DNA of 64,000 bases from Planctomycetota bacterium (GTDB lineage Bacteria; Planctomycetota; UBA1135; UBA2386). Positions 1 through 10,442 of the stretch are shown here, piece by piece. Location of the stretch: positions 369 to 64,368 of the forward strand of contig JBEGVB010000056.1 in NCBI GenBank assembly GCA_041178545.1, read 5' to 3'. Within the stretch, counting starts at the first letter, position 1, and every line of letters starts with the position of its first letter. Both the position numbers and the translations under genes were made by a program. The notes under the pieces are model-generated. The model did not search any database. It worked only from the letters and a program-made list of their open reading frames with translations, and was not told where the DNA came from.

Positions 1-437
1 ACGTTGAGGGCGCCGGTGAGGCCCGCGTTGGTCTGGTTGGAGAGCAGCGGGCTCAGGATGGACTCGACATCCAGCTTGTGCGTGAAGTCGAACTGGAGGA
101 AGTGGTTGCCGGGATTGCCGTCCGGGAGCTCGGCTGCCGTGCCGAGGGTCGCCACCGGCAGCACGCCGTTGTTGCCGTTGACGTTGGCCTTGAGCGTGTC
201 GATGTCCTCGATGTTCAGGACCTCGGCCGTCGGGTTGCCGAAGATGTCGACGGCGCGGATGCGGTACGGGTAGATGGTGCCGCGGCCCGTGCTGATCGTG
301 GAGACCTTGAAGTCGCCGCGGTTGTCGGGGTCGCCTGCGGCGCCGCCGCTGCAGGAGGCGAGCGCCAGCGAGAGGCCGGCGGCGACGAGGGTTCCGCACG
401 GGAGGGAAAGCGACCGGGGTGCAGGGTGGTGCGTCAT
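1..437 (-). CDS. Lipoprotein, N-terminal fragment (gene continues beyond window start)
   Basis: Absent from the ORF track because the frame stays open to base 1. ATG at 437-435. My translation MTHHPAPRSLSLPCGTLVAAGLSLALASCSGGAAGDPDNRGDFKV... gives a signal peptide plus lipobox L-A-S-C. Codon position 3 is almost entirely G/C, as in the confident genes. Confidence 0.6.
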   Translation of the reverse strand, partial: MTHHPAPRSLSLPCGTLVAAGLSLALASCSGGAAGDPDNRGDFKVSTISTGRGTIYPYRIRAVDIFGNPTAEVLNIEDIDTLKANVNGNNGVLPVATLGTAAELPDGNPGNHFLQFDFTHKLDVESILSPLLSNQTNAGLTGALN

Positions 438-731
438 GGTCAATGCGCCGGACCGGGGGCGGACGGGAGGGATGCCGTGCGTCCGGAGAGGGGGAGACAA
501 CCGCAGGACGTTAGCGGACACGGGTTTCCATGCAAGGGAAAGGAGGGTCACGGCCACGTCCCGCGCGCGGTGCACCGCACTGCGCCGGACTGTGGCCGCT
601 CCCTGCAGTGCAACTCGGGTGCCGAGGCCAGGGCAGCGCCCCTGCCGCACGGAGAGGGCCTTGGCGGCACCGCGCCGGGCGGTCCCACCCGTCACCGCGT
701 GCGGGTCCGCACGCAGCCGAGGTGCCGCGCC

Positions 732-1100
732 TCAGCCAGGCCGGTTCCGGAGGAAGTCCGCGATGTCGGCGAAGAACGCCTGTAGCCAGGCGGCGACGTC
801 GGCGGGGACCGCAGCCTCCACCATCGCCTCCCCCATGAGGAGCAACCACCGGTCCCGGGCCGCGGTGTCGATCGGGAAGGGCATGTGGCGCATGCGCAGC
901 CGGGGGTGGCCGCGCTCCTGGACGTACCGGGGCGGACCGCCCAGCCGGTAGACGAGGAACTCGCGCAGCCGGTGCTCCGCGCCCGCGAGGTCGGCGGCGG
1001 GGTACATCGGCCCGAGGATCGGGTCGGCGGGAACGCGCCGGTAGAAGGCGGCCACCATGCGGGCAATGCCTTCCTCGCCGATGCGCTGGAAGACCGGCAT
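732..1100 (-). CDS. glbO: Group II truncated (2-on-2) haemoglobin
   Basis: Last 122 codons of ORF 732..1685, from ATG 1100. MPVFQRIGEEGIARMVAAFYRRVPADPILGPMYP...HRLREFLVYRLGGPPRYVQERGHPRLRMRHMPFPID..ARDRWL fits the trHb group II pattern. The upstream part of the ORF is Arg/Ser-rich and antisense to ruvB. Confidence 0.8.
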   Translation of the reverse strand: MPVFQRIGEEGIARMVAAFYRRVPADPILGPMYPAADLAGAEHRLREFLVYRLGGPPRYVQERGHPRLRMRHMPFPIDTAARDRWLLLMGEAMVEAAVPADVAAWLQAFFADIADFLRNRPG

Positions 1101-1170
1101 CTCGTCAGCTGAGCTCACCGGAGCAGGATGATGGATTGGCCGCCCGCGGCCAATAGGATCTTCCCCCAAG

Positions 1171-2187
1171 ATGGTCTTCCACGAACCCATGGACACCGCC
1201 GAACGCGAGTTCGACCGCAGCCTGCGGCCGGGCACGTTCGACGAGTTCGTCGGCCAGGACCGGGTGCGCGAGAACCTCGCCATCGCCATCGCGGCCGCCC
1301 GCGACCGCAAGGAACCGCTCGACCACGTGCTGTTCGCCGGCCCACCCGGGCTCGGCAAGACCACCCTCGCCCACCTCATCGCCCAGGGCATGGGCGTGGA
1401 GATCACGATCACCTCGGGCCCGGCGCTGGCCGCGCCCCGGGACCTGGCGGGCACGCTGACGCGCCTCAAGGCGCACCAGGTGCTGTTCATCGACGAGATC
1501 CACCGGCTGCCTCGCGCACTCGAGGAGTACCTGTACTCGGCGATGGAGGACCAGGCCATCGACGTGGTGCTGGACTCGGGTCCCGGTGGACGCAGCGTGC
1601 GCCTTGGCGTCGCGCCCTTCACGTTGGTGGGAGCCACCACGCGCGAGGGGCTGCTCACCGCCGCCTTCCGGTCCCGCTTCGGCATCGTCGAGCGCCTGGA
1701 GCCCTACCCCACCGAAGACCTGCATCGCATCCTGCTGCGCGCTGCGGCAAGGCTCGGGGTGACCGTCGACGAGGCGGCAGCCACGATGCTCGCCCAGCGA
1801 AGCCGTGGCACACCGCGCATCGCGTTGCGCATCCTGCGCCGCATCCGCGACGTGGCGCATGCCCTCAAGGCCCCCACCATCGACGCAGCAGTGGCCACCA
1901 GCGGCCTGGACCGACTTCGCATCGACCACCTCGGGCTCGAGGAGATGGACCGCAAGGTGCTGCGGGCGTTGATCCGCCGCGGCGACGCCATCGGGTTGAA
2001 GACGCTGGCGGCCATGGTGGACGAGTCGGAGGACACGCTCGAGGACGTGTTCGAGCCCCACCTGCTGCGCTGCGGGCTGATCGCACGCACCCCGAGGGGC
2101 CGCACGGCCACCCCCGCGGCCTTCGATCACCTCGGCATCGCCCCGGGCGGCACGGCGAGGGCCGGCGAGCTGCCCTTCGAGAGCTGA
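1171..2187 (+). CDS. ruvB: Holliday junction branch migration helicase RuvB
   Basis: 338-aa ORF with Walker A GPPGLGKTT, DEIHR and RGTPRIA. Full-length RuvB-like sequence. Confidence 0.95.
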   Translation: MVFHEPMDTAEREFDRSLRPGTFDEFVGQDRVRENLAIAIAAARDRKEPLDHVLFAGPPGLGKTTLAHLIAQGMGVEITITSGPALAAPRDLAGTLTRLKAHQVLFIDEIHRLPRALEEYLYSAMEDQAIDVVLDSGPGGRSVRLGVAPFTLVGATTREGLLTAAFRSRFGIVERLEPYPTEDLHRILLRAAARLGVTVDEAAATMLAQRSRGTPRIALRILRRIRDVAHALKAPTIDAAVATSGLDRLRIDHLGLEEMDRKVLRALIRRGDAIGLKTLAAMVDESEDTLEDVFEPHLLRCGLIARTPRGRTATPAAFDHLGIAPGGTARAGELPFES

Positions 2188-2194
2188 TCCACGC

Positions 2195-3271
<1,077 letters not shown>

Positions 3272-3336
3272 AACGTGCACGGGGCGCGCAGCAGCGTGCC
3301 CTGCGTGCGGAACAGCGGTATGGTGCCGCCCCCGCC

Positions 3337-4488
3337 ATGGCGCACCCCACCCGTTCCCTCGGCCTCCTCGCCGTCCTCGCACTCGCGCTCGCCCTCCCTG
3401 CCCAGCAGGACCGCGAGCTCACCATCGGCACCTGGAACCTCGAGTTCTTCGGCGGCCGCAAGGACCCGGCGCCGCGCACGAAGGAGGACGTGGCCGCGAC
3501 CGGAGCCATGGTCCGCGAGCTGGGTGTGTCGCTGTTGGCCGTGCAGGAGATCGGCGGCGACGAGCCGCTTGCCGAACTGTGCCAGTCGATCGGCCCTAGC
3601 TGGCGCTTCGTGCTCGGCACCTCGGGAGGATGGACCGACGGATCGAGCCGCCAGAGCATCGGCTTCGTCTGGGACGACACCGTGCTGGAGCTGCTGCACG
3701 CCGAGGAGCTCAACGGCCTGCCTCGCCGCCACGACAACCTGCCCATCTTCCACCGCGTGCCCGTCACCGCGTCGTTCCGCGACCGTGCCACTGGGTTCGA
3801 CTTCCGCGCCGTGACCGTGCACTTCAAGGCAGGCCAGAAGAAGGACGACGAGAGGAAGCGAGAGTACGAGTCAGGGTTCCTCCGCAAGTGGCTCGACACC
3901 AGCATGGACCGACTCGGGGAGGACCCGGACGTGGTCGTGCTGGGCGACTTCAACGCCACCTATGGCAGCACGGCAGAGTCGCAGTTGTCTCGCGACGGCG
4001 CATTCCGGTTGCTGCGCAAGGAGCCGCGCGAGCCCACCATCCTGCACTTCGACGACCCCATCGACCAGGTGGCCGTGTCGCGCGGGTTCGACGAGGTGGT
4101 CGAGGCCACGTTCGACTCCCACGCCGAGCGCGCAGCAGCGGACCGCGAGGCCTTCCGCAAGACCTACAGCGACCACTTCCCGGTGACCGTGAAGGTGCGC
4201 AGCGGGGCAGACAGCGACCCGGAGGCAGGGTTCCTCAAGGGCGCGCCTGCGTCCCCCCTCGCGGTCGGCACCTCGAAGCCGACGACGCCTGCGCAGGCTG
4301 CCGAACCCGCTGGCGACGACCCGATGCCCGCCGGCACGCGCGTCGTGGTCAAGTTGGGTGTCGGTCTCGGCCCGGTCGAGGGCACGTTGCTGCGCAGCCT
4401 GCAGGGCAACTGGGTCCACCTGCGCACCGCGGAAGGTGCCGTCGTGGCGATCCCGGTGACCAGCATCGTGACGGTCACACGGCAGTGA
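3337..4488 (+). CDS. Secreted endonuclease/exonuclease/phosphatase (EEP) family protein with SH3-like C-terminal tail
   Basis: In-frame ATG 3337 inside long ORF 2278..4488; the upstream part overlaps tgt in another frame. Signal peptide MAHPTRSLGLLAVLALALALPAQQ. EEP blocks GTWNLE, LAVQE, GDFN and SDHFPV. Confidence 0.8.
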   Translation: MAHPTRSLGLLAVLALALALPAQQDRELTIGTWNLEFFGGRKDPAPRTKEDVAATGAMVRELGVSLLAVQEIGGDEPLAELCQSIGPSWRFVLGTSGGWTDGSSRQSIGFVWDDTVLELLHAEELNGLPRRHDNLPIFHRVPVTASFRDRATGFDFRAVTVHFKAGQKKDDERKREYESGFLRKWLDTSMDRLGEDPDVVVLGDFNATYGSTAESQLSRDGAFRLLRKEPREPTILHFDDPIDQVAVSRGFDEVVEATFDSHAERAAADREAFRKTYSDHFPVTVKVRSGADSDPEAGFLKGAPASPLAVGTSKPTTPAQAAEPAGDDPMPAGTRVVVKLGVGLGPVEGTLLRSLQGNWVHLRTAEGAVVAIPVTSIVTVTRQ

Positions 4489-4519
4489 CCGTGGCTGGCC
4501 ACCTCGCGCCGCGGCCCCG

Positions 4520-7192
4520 CTAGTTGCCCACCGTGCAGGTGAGCGCGTTGCTCACGCGAAGGCTCCCCGCACCGTCGAGCGTGGCACCCTGCACGTGGAA
4601 CCGCGTGCCGTTGGTGGCGCGGTTGGCGGGCAACGGCACCTGCAGAGTGAAGGCCCCGGCAGCGGAGGCAGCGCCCGAGGCAACGAGGTCGAGGCTGGTG
4701 TGGAGCGTGCACCCGGTCCAGCCGAAGGCAGGACCCAGGTCGAGCGGCAGCGGCAGGCCGTTCCAGCTGGCCGTGGAGAAGCCGAGTGCGACCCAGCTGA
4801 ACGCCCCGGGGGCCGCACCGAGCAGCGTGAGTTGCAGGTTGCGCCCGATGCGCGGCGGGCTGGACGCCAGGAAGGGCGCGCCCGTCGCCGGGCAGCCTGG
4901 ACCCAGTTGCACCACGGAAGGTTGCGCGAGGTCGGTGGTCCAGAGGCCGCGGCCGTGGGTGGCGGCGAGCAACACGTTGCTGCCGTGCAGGAAGGAGACC
5001 TCGTCGGTGCGCGTGTCGGCAGGGCCGAGGTTGGAGGTGGACCAGTTGAGACCGCCGTCCTCGGTGGCGAAGACCCCCACGTCCGTGCCCACGTAGAGCC
5101 AGTTCGGCTGCTGCGGGTGCTGGCAGACGGAGAACACCGGCACGTCGGGGAGGCCCGTGGGCGCAGTCCCGGTTCGGTCCGCGAAGGTCGCACCGTTGTC
5201 GGCAGTGACCCAAACGTTGTCCGGGCTGTAGCCACCCAGCGTGACCCATGCGCGGGACGGGTTGGTGCGGTCGACGGCGATGCGCGTCACGAACCGGTTG
5301 GGCAGCGGGTTGGACGTCGCATTGTCGTCGACTGCGACCCACGCGGGCGCAGCAGCCAGTGCATTGGCGGTGCGGAACACCCTGCCGTCGTTGTGCCCCA
5401 CCCAGAGGACGTCGGGTTGACTTGCGGCAACCGCGATGGCGGAGACGTTGGAACCTACGGCAGGCTTGACCGCGCTCCATGCGACGGTCGGCGCACGCGC
5501 GTCCGGTGTGCGCCACAGGCTCGCGCCGCCTGCGTACATGCGACGCGGGTCGTTCGGGTCGAGCACGAACGGGCTGATGAAGTTTGCGGTGGCACTGGCA
5601 CCGGCATCGGTGATCCCGCTGAAGAAGTAGGCAGCAGAACTGCCGCCGTTGGTCGAGCGGTGGACCTGAAGGTACACGTACTCGCCGTAGACGAAGTTGG
5701 GATCCTGCCAGTCGATGGCGCTGAACCCGCCGTCGCCGCCGAAGGTGAGCACCGCCGAGGCGGAACCAGGCCGCAGCGTGAGGGTGCCGTTGTCCTGCGT
5801 ACCGCCGGTGATGCGTCCTGACAGCGCGTCGCCAGCTGCGCCGTAGAACTGGGTGGTGCGGTAGTCCAGGTCGCGCCGCGCCCAGCCGGTGGTGCGCGTG
5901 GCCGTGTACACGTCCTCGGTCACGTACACACCGCCGTCCGTGCAGACGTACAGCCTGCGGTCGTTCACCCCGTCGAAGCCGGGACCGGCCACCAGTGCGT
6001 GGGTGTCGGGATGCGGTTGCGTCGTGTTGATGTAACCGCCCGTGATGCGTGTGAAGGTGGCACCACCGTCCGTGCTGCGGTGCACCTCGACGCCACCCAG
6101 CAGCACCACACTGGCGTTGGTGGGATCGACCCAGATGCAGTTGTCGTACCACCAGTAGCCGTTGACGGCCGTGGTGGAACGCTGCACGAAGGTCGCGCCG
6201 CCGTCGGCGCTGTGCCAGCAGAAGCCGTTTGCGCTCGCGTACACGGTGCCCGCCGCACTGCGCGCGAAGGCGAGTTCGATGCGGCCGCTCGTGGTGGGGT
6301 TCGCACCCAGCTGGCCCGTCGCGTCGGTCCAGGTGGCACCGCTGTCCGTCGACCGGACGACCCGGTGCGTGGGCCCCGCATCGCGCACCGAGCCGACGAG
6401 ACGGGTGCCGTCGTTGGGGTCGAACAACACCTGCATGCCAGCGTCGGCCCCGCGGACCAGGGACCAGGTGTTGCCACCGTCCGTGCTGCGGTGGATGCCG
6501 CCCGGCAGCCGGGTCGCAGCCAGCAGCAACTGCGGGTTCGCGGGCGAGACCGCGATGCGGTTCACGTAGCCCCATGACACCGTGGCCGCGAGGCGCGTCC
6601 ACGTCACGCCGCCGTCGGTCGAGCGAAGGATGCCGGCGCCGCGGATCGCGTCGCCGTTGTAGAAGCCCTCGCCGGTGCCGGCATAGAGCACTTGTCGATT
6701 CGTTGGGTCCATCGCCAGGCAGCACACCGCGATGCTGCCGAGCCGGTCGTCCCCGCGCGTCCACGTCACCCCAGCATCGCTGCTGCGCCAGATGCCACCG
6801 CCCACCGCGCCCGCCCAGATGCGGTTGCGTTCGACGGGGTCCACCAGCAACGAACGGGTCCTGCCGCCGATGTTGGGCGGCCCCAACTCGACCCAGCCGA
6901 ACGGCCCGATGCCCGCGTCGTCCACTGTTTCCTGGTGCGCGAGCATGGCCTCGCGGGCGGCACGCGCGCGCTCGGGTCCCGAGGGGTCCACGACGCCGTC
7001 CTCGTCGCGCAACCGGAGCAGGTGCCAGGCCATGGCCTCACCCGGCTGGTCGGGCCTCGCCCGCGCGCCGTGGCGCGGGCGCCATGCGGCATGGGGGTCT
7101 GCTTCCGCGACGGCACCGTCGGTGCCGCCGCCTGCGGTGCAGGCACCGAGCGCGGCGAGGAGGGCTGGGAGCAGGAGTCTCGCAGTGCCCAT
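4520..7192 (-). CDS. BNR/Asp-box repeat beta-propeller protein, probable lipoprotein
   Basis: ATG 7192 with GAGGA 5 nt upstream; the track start 7228 is a GTG. N-terminus MGTARLLLPALLAALGAC. Repeated Asp-boxes SSDAGVTW, STDGGVTW, STDGGNTW, STDSGATW, SADGGATF, STDGGATF. Separate ~130-aa C-terminal module. Confidence 0.8.
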   Translation of the reverse strand: MGTARLLLPALLAALGACTAGGGTDGAVAEADPHAAWRPRHGARARPDQPGEAMAWHLLRLRDEDGVVDPSGPERARAAREAMLAHQETVDDAGIGPFGWVELGPPNIGGRTRSLLVDPVERNRIWAGAVGGGIWRSSDAGVTWTRGDDRLGSIAVCCLAMDPTNRQVLYAGTGEGFYNGDAIRGAGILRSTDGGVTWTRLAATVSWGYVNRIAVSPANPQLLLAATRLPGGIHRSTDGGNTWSLVRGADAGMQVLFDPNDGTRLVGSVRDAGPTHRVVRSTDSGATWTDATGQLGANPTTSGRIELAFARSAAGTVYASANGFCWHSADGGATFVQRSTTAVNGYWWYDNCIWVDPTNASVVLLGGVEVHRSTDGGATFTRITGGYINTTQPHPDTHALVAGPGFDGVNDRRLYVCTDGGVYVTEDVYTATRTTGWARRDLDYRTTQFYGAAGDALSGRITGGTQDNGTLTLRPGSASAVLTFGGDGGFSAIDWQDPNFVYGEYVYLQVHRSTNGGSSAAYFFSGITDAGASATANFISPFVLDPNDPRRMYAGGASLWRTPDARAPTVAWSAVKPAVGSNVSAIAVAASQPDVLWVGHNDGRVFRTANALAAAPAWVAVDDNATSNPLPNRFVTRIAVDRTNPSRAWVTLGGYSPDNVWVTADNGATFADRTGTAPTGLPDVPVFSVCQHPQQPNWLYVGTDVGVFATEDGGLNWSTSNLGPADTRTDEVSFLHGSNVLLAATHGRGLWTTDLAQPSVVQLGPGCPATGAPFLASSPPRIGRNLQLTLLGAAPGAFSWVALGFSTASWNGLPLPLDLGPAFGWTGCTLHTSLDLVASGAASAAGAFTLQVPLPANRATNGTRFHVQGATLDGAGSLRVSNALTCTVGN

Positions 7193-7199
7193 CGGATCC

Positions 7200-7964
7200 T
7201 CAGCGACCCGCGAGGTCGAACTGCTCACCGACCTCGTCGAGCACGGAATAGAGGTGGAGTGCGACGAGGACGGCGCACACGCGGCCGTAGTTGGTGCGGG
7301 CCCACGGCCCCAGCCCTTGGAGCAACCACGACTCGCAGATCCCCCACGCGCGCTGGTGCAGGACCCGGCATCCCGTGCTGATGGACGTGGTCCAGGTCCA
7401 CGGCATCGCGAGCCGCAGGAAGTCGGTGAGGCGGTTCATGCCCTCGCGAGCGTCCTTGCGCGACGCGTCCATGGCGTGCAGCAGGCCCACCACGAGCGCA
7501 CTGCGTCCGTTGCGCGAGAGGCCGAGGGAGCGGATGGCGCGGTCGAGGTTGGGGTGCAGTTGGTTGAGCAACTGCTCCGGGTCGTCCTGCAGCAGGTGCT
7601 GGCGCACCCAGACGTCCGCGAGATGCTCGAAGAGAGCGCGTTCCAGCACCTCGGCACCGGCACCCGGACCCACCTGCAGGCCACAGCGGCGCGCGGCGCG
7701 CTCGAGGATGAGACGCCAGTCGTTGTTGCGCGAGAAGGGCGTGAGCTGTTCCGTGACGTGGTGCGTTCTCGCCTGCAGCCCGCGCAGGCTCTGGTTGATG
7801 ATGCGCCAGGCCTGCCGCTCGGGCGGGTCGGTCTCGTTCACCCAGCAGCCCAGCAGGCCTGCCACGCGCAACCGCGCATCTGCAGGCATCCGCACCAGGA
7901 TGCGGAACGGTCGCTCGACACCCTCGTGCTGTGCGAGCCGCTCGAACGACGACCGTCGGAACAT
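7200..7964 (-). CDS. Hypothetical protein (254 aa, Trp/Arg-rich, no recognised domain)
   Basis: ATG-initiated ORF with very high GC3. Its stop lies 7 nt before the next start, so it appears to be in an operon with flanking minus-strand genes. No motif I can name. Confidence 0.55.
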   Translation of the reverse strand: MFRRSSFERLAQHEGVERPFRILVRMPADARLRVAGLLGCWVNETDPPERQAWRIINQSLRGLQARTHHVTEQLTPFSRNNDWRLILERAARRCGLQVGPGAGAEVLERALFEHLADVWVRQHLLQDDPEQLLNQLHPNLDRAIRSLGLSRNGRSALVVGLLHAMDASRKDAREGMNRLTDFLRLAMPWTWTTSISTGCRVLHQRAWGICESWLLQGLGPWARTNYGRVCAVLVALHLYSVLDEVGEQFDLAGR

Positions 7965-8014
7965 GGTCGCATTATGACGAGGTCACCCGGCGGTCCAACA
8001 CCCTGTGTGGATCC

Positions 8015-8272
8015 TCACATGGCGAGCACGAGCGTGGCCACGAGTGCGACCACGAGGAGCACCACGACCACCCGGTGCACGGTCGACCGCGCAGCCGAGC
8101 CATGGGGCTGGTCCTGGTCCGGTTCCGGCAGTTCGAGGGACTGGTAGTCGACCTCCTCGGCGTCCTGCCAACCCGTGCGCTCGTCGCTGCCGCACTCCGG
8201 ACACGAGGCACGACCGGCGCGCACGAAGGCGCCGCACTGGGGGCAGTCGAAGCCTTCCTGACGCGGGCTCAC
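8015..8272 (-). CDS. Small zinc-ribbon protein with C-terminal transmembrane helix
   Basis: GTG 8272 overlaps the upstream stop (GTGA at 8269-8272). 85 aa with CPQCGAFVRAGRASCPECG, an acidic linker and the hydrophobic tail VVVVLLVVALVATLVLA. Confidence 0.55.
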   Translation of the reverse strand: MSPRQEGFDCPQCGAFVRAGRASCPECGSDERTGWQDAEEVDYQSLELPEPDQDQPHGSAARSTVHRVVVVLLVVALVATLVLAM

Positions 8273-10314
8273 GGCAACCGCTCCAAACGCAGGTGGTCGA
8301 GCCCTGCCATGAACGCGGTTGCCTCGGGGTTGCGACCCACGAGCGCGAGGACGAACTCCACCTTGCCGGCAGGCAACTCGACCTCGCCGAGCACGCGCTC
8401 CCCACCCGCGCGCACCCCGCGGTGGAACAGGTCGAGCGGGCCGCCGAGCATCGCCGTGCCGATGCGGCACTGCACCACGCCGTAGTCGGCAGCAGTGCAG
8501 AACTGTGCGTGGACCCGGTAGCGGCCCGCCTCGGGCACCGGCAGGGACAACCTCAGTTCGTCGCCCGGCCGACCGTCCCGCCACCAGCGCTGGGCCTCGC
8601 GACTGAACCCCACGCTGAAGTCCATGGCCTGCACCTCGTGCCTCCCGCCCGTGCACGCGAGCACTGCGAGCGACTCTGCCTCGATCGCCCCCGGGACCTC
8701 GAACATGCGGTAGTCGGGGATGCGCGCGAACGCGAGGGCGGCGGGCGCCGGCACCGGCGGCAGGCCCGAGCGCGCGCCCGGCATCCCGTACCAGCAGGCC
8801 ACCGACGCGTAGTCCATGCGCACGGCGGGGTCCCAGTGCCAGACCTCGAGGTCGTGGCGGAAGCTCGTTTGGAACGGCACCGCGTCCAGGACGTGCAACC
8901 GGTGGTTCGCCGTGTAGCCGTAGTTGCCTGGGCCGTCGCACTGCGGCTGGCCATGGAACGGCGACGCGAACCGCTCGGGACAGCACCACGCGTACCCGAA
9001 GTAGTCCTCGGTGCCGGTGCCGAAGGTGGAGGGGAACGCCTCGCCGTCGACGCTGAACTTCTCGTCGCCCTCGCCCCACCACGCCTTCACCGGGTTCTTC
9101 ACCAGCAGCATCGTGGCAACGAAGCGGCCGGTGCCGGTGGCATCGAGCACCAGGTGGTCGTGGAAGGGTCGCGTGGCCACGTCCCTGCGCTCGTGGAACC
9201 CGGCGCGGAACAGCATCGGGCCGGCAAGGCCGCGCTGGCTGTCGACCGAGAGTTCGACGCGGGAGTGCGCCACGTCGAGCGCGCCGCGCGGCGGGCCGCC
9301 CTCGATGCGCACGGTGCCACCCTCCGGCATCGGCATCGGGAAGCGGCACCAGGCCGTGCCGTCCGCGTCGATGCCGTACAGCATGCTGCGGTGCGGCAAC
9401 CACTTCGTGCCACCCTGGAAGAAGTCGGCCACGGGCACGCGCACGGTCTCCTCCGCCCCGCAGGTGACGACCAGTTGCAGCAACCGCATGCGGTCCGCGG
9501 TGGCTGGATCGCCGCAGGGCCCCGCCTTCAGCCGGATCGACCGCACGGTGCGCCCGGGCAGGACCGTCGCCAGCAGCCCCGTGTCGCCGCGCGTGGTGAT
9601 GCGCGCGCCCGCCACCGCATCGCCGGGCACGTCAGCCATCATGCGCTCGCGCGTCGCCTGCAGCACGCCTGCGTGCTCGGCCAGCATGCGCGGGTGGAAG
9701 GAAGGCACCGCACTGCCCTCGGGCAGGTGGAGCACGTTCACCTGGTAGTACGAGTCGCCCACCGTCTGCAGCAGGCGGAACCCGCGCTGGAACGGGATCG
9801 GCAGGTGGCAGTTGGCGCCCTTGCTGCGCATGCCCGCCATCGGCTCGCCCACGTGTTCCACCCTGCCTCCGCACAGGTCGGCAAACGGCACCGACCAGAC
9901 CCGCTGGCCGTCGACCTCGAGGTGGAGCAGGCCCTGCGGGTTGGCCGACCAGATGCGCGTGACCACGCCGGGCCCCGTGCCCTCCGCCATGACGAAGGTG
10001 CGGATGCCTGCCTCGTCGTGGGCCGAGAGGTAGTGGCCGCGGTCGCCGTTGGCGTACGAGGCCTCGCCCGCGTACGGCGCCCCCAATGAGCCCCGGTCGA
10101 AACTGCTGGACTGGGTGCACCGTTCCCCGGGCAACGGCGGGACCGCCAACCAGTCCACGTCGGTCATGCGCGCGAGCAGGGCCGGGTAGTCCCACCCCGG
10201 CGGCGCGGACGACGGAACCGATGCCCCCACGGCCGCGGTGGCATCGGCGGGTGGCGCACTGCACGCGGCGGACAGCAGCAGGACGAGGGACGGCAGGAGT
10301 ACGGCGCGCGCCAT
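8269..10314 (-). CDS. DUF2961 / glycoside hydrolase family 172-like protein with C-terminal CBM-like domain
   Basis: ATG 10314 within ORF 8269..10542. Signal peptide MARAVLLPSLVLLLSAAC. Diagnostic GTGTEDYFGYAW block and flanking DUF2961 similarity. Extra ~140-aa C-terminal beta-sandwich-like region (..FEVPGAIEAESL..). Confidence 0.8.
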   Translation of the reverse strand: MARAVLLPSLVLLLSAACSAPPADATAAVGASVPSSAPPGWDYPALLARMTDVDWLAVPPLPGERCTQSSSFDRGSLGAPYAGEASYANGDRGHYLSAHDEAGIRTFVMAEGTGPGVVTRIWSANPQGLLHLEVDGQRVWSVPFADLCGGRVEHVGEPMAGMRSKGANCHLPIPFQRGFRLLQTVGDSYYQVNVLHLPEGSAVPSFHPRMLAEHAGVLQATRERMMADVPGDAVAGARITTRGDTGLLATVLPGRTVRSIRLKAGPCGDPATADRMRLLQLVVTCGAEETVRVPVADFFQGGTKWLPHRSMLYGIDADGTAWCRFPMPMPEGGTVRIEGGPPRGALDVAHSRVELSVDSQRGLAGPMLFRAGFHERRDVATRPFHDHLVLDATGTGRFVATMLLVKNPVKAWWGEGDEKFSVDGEAFPSTFGTGTEDYFGYAWCCPERFASPFHGQPQCDGPGNYGYTANHRLHVLDAVPFQTSFRHDLEVWHWDPAVRMDYASVACWYGMPGARSGLPPVPAPAALAFARIPDYRMFEVPGAIEAESLAVLACTGGRHEVQAMDFSVGFSREAQRWWRDGRPGDELRLSLPVPEAGRYRVHAQFCTAADYGVVQCRIGTAMLGGPLDLFHRGVRAGGERVLGEVELPAGKVEFVLALVGRNPEATAFMAGLDHLRLERLP

Positions 10315-10442
10315 GCCGCACAACGTAACGAGAACGCAGCGTGTCCCACAGCCGCGATCCCGGCCAACGAACCGCGCGCGCGTTCCGTATGCTGCGCACC
10401 CGCCGCACGAGCGGCCCCTGCAGTGCAACCGACGGAGTCTCC

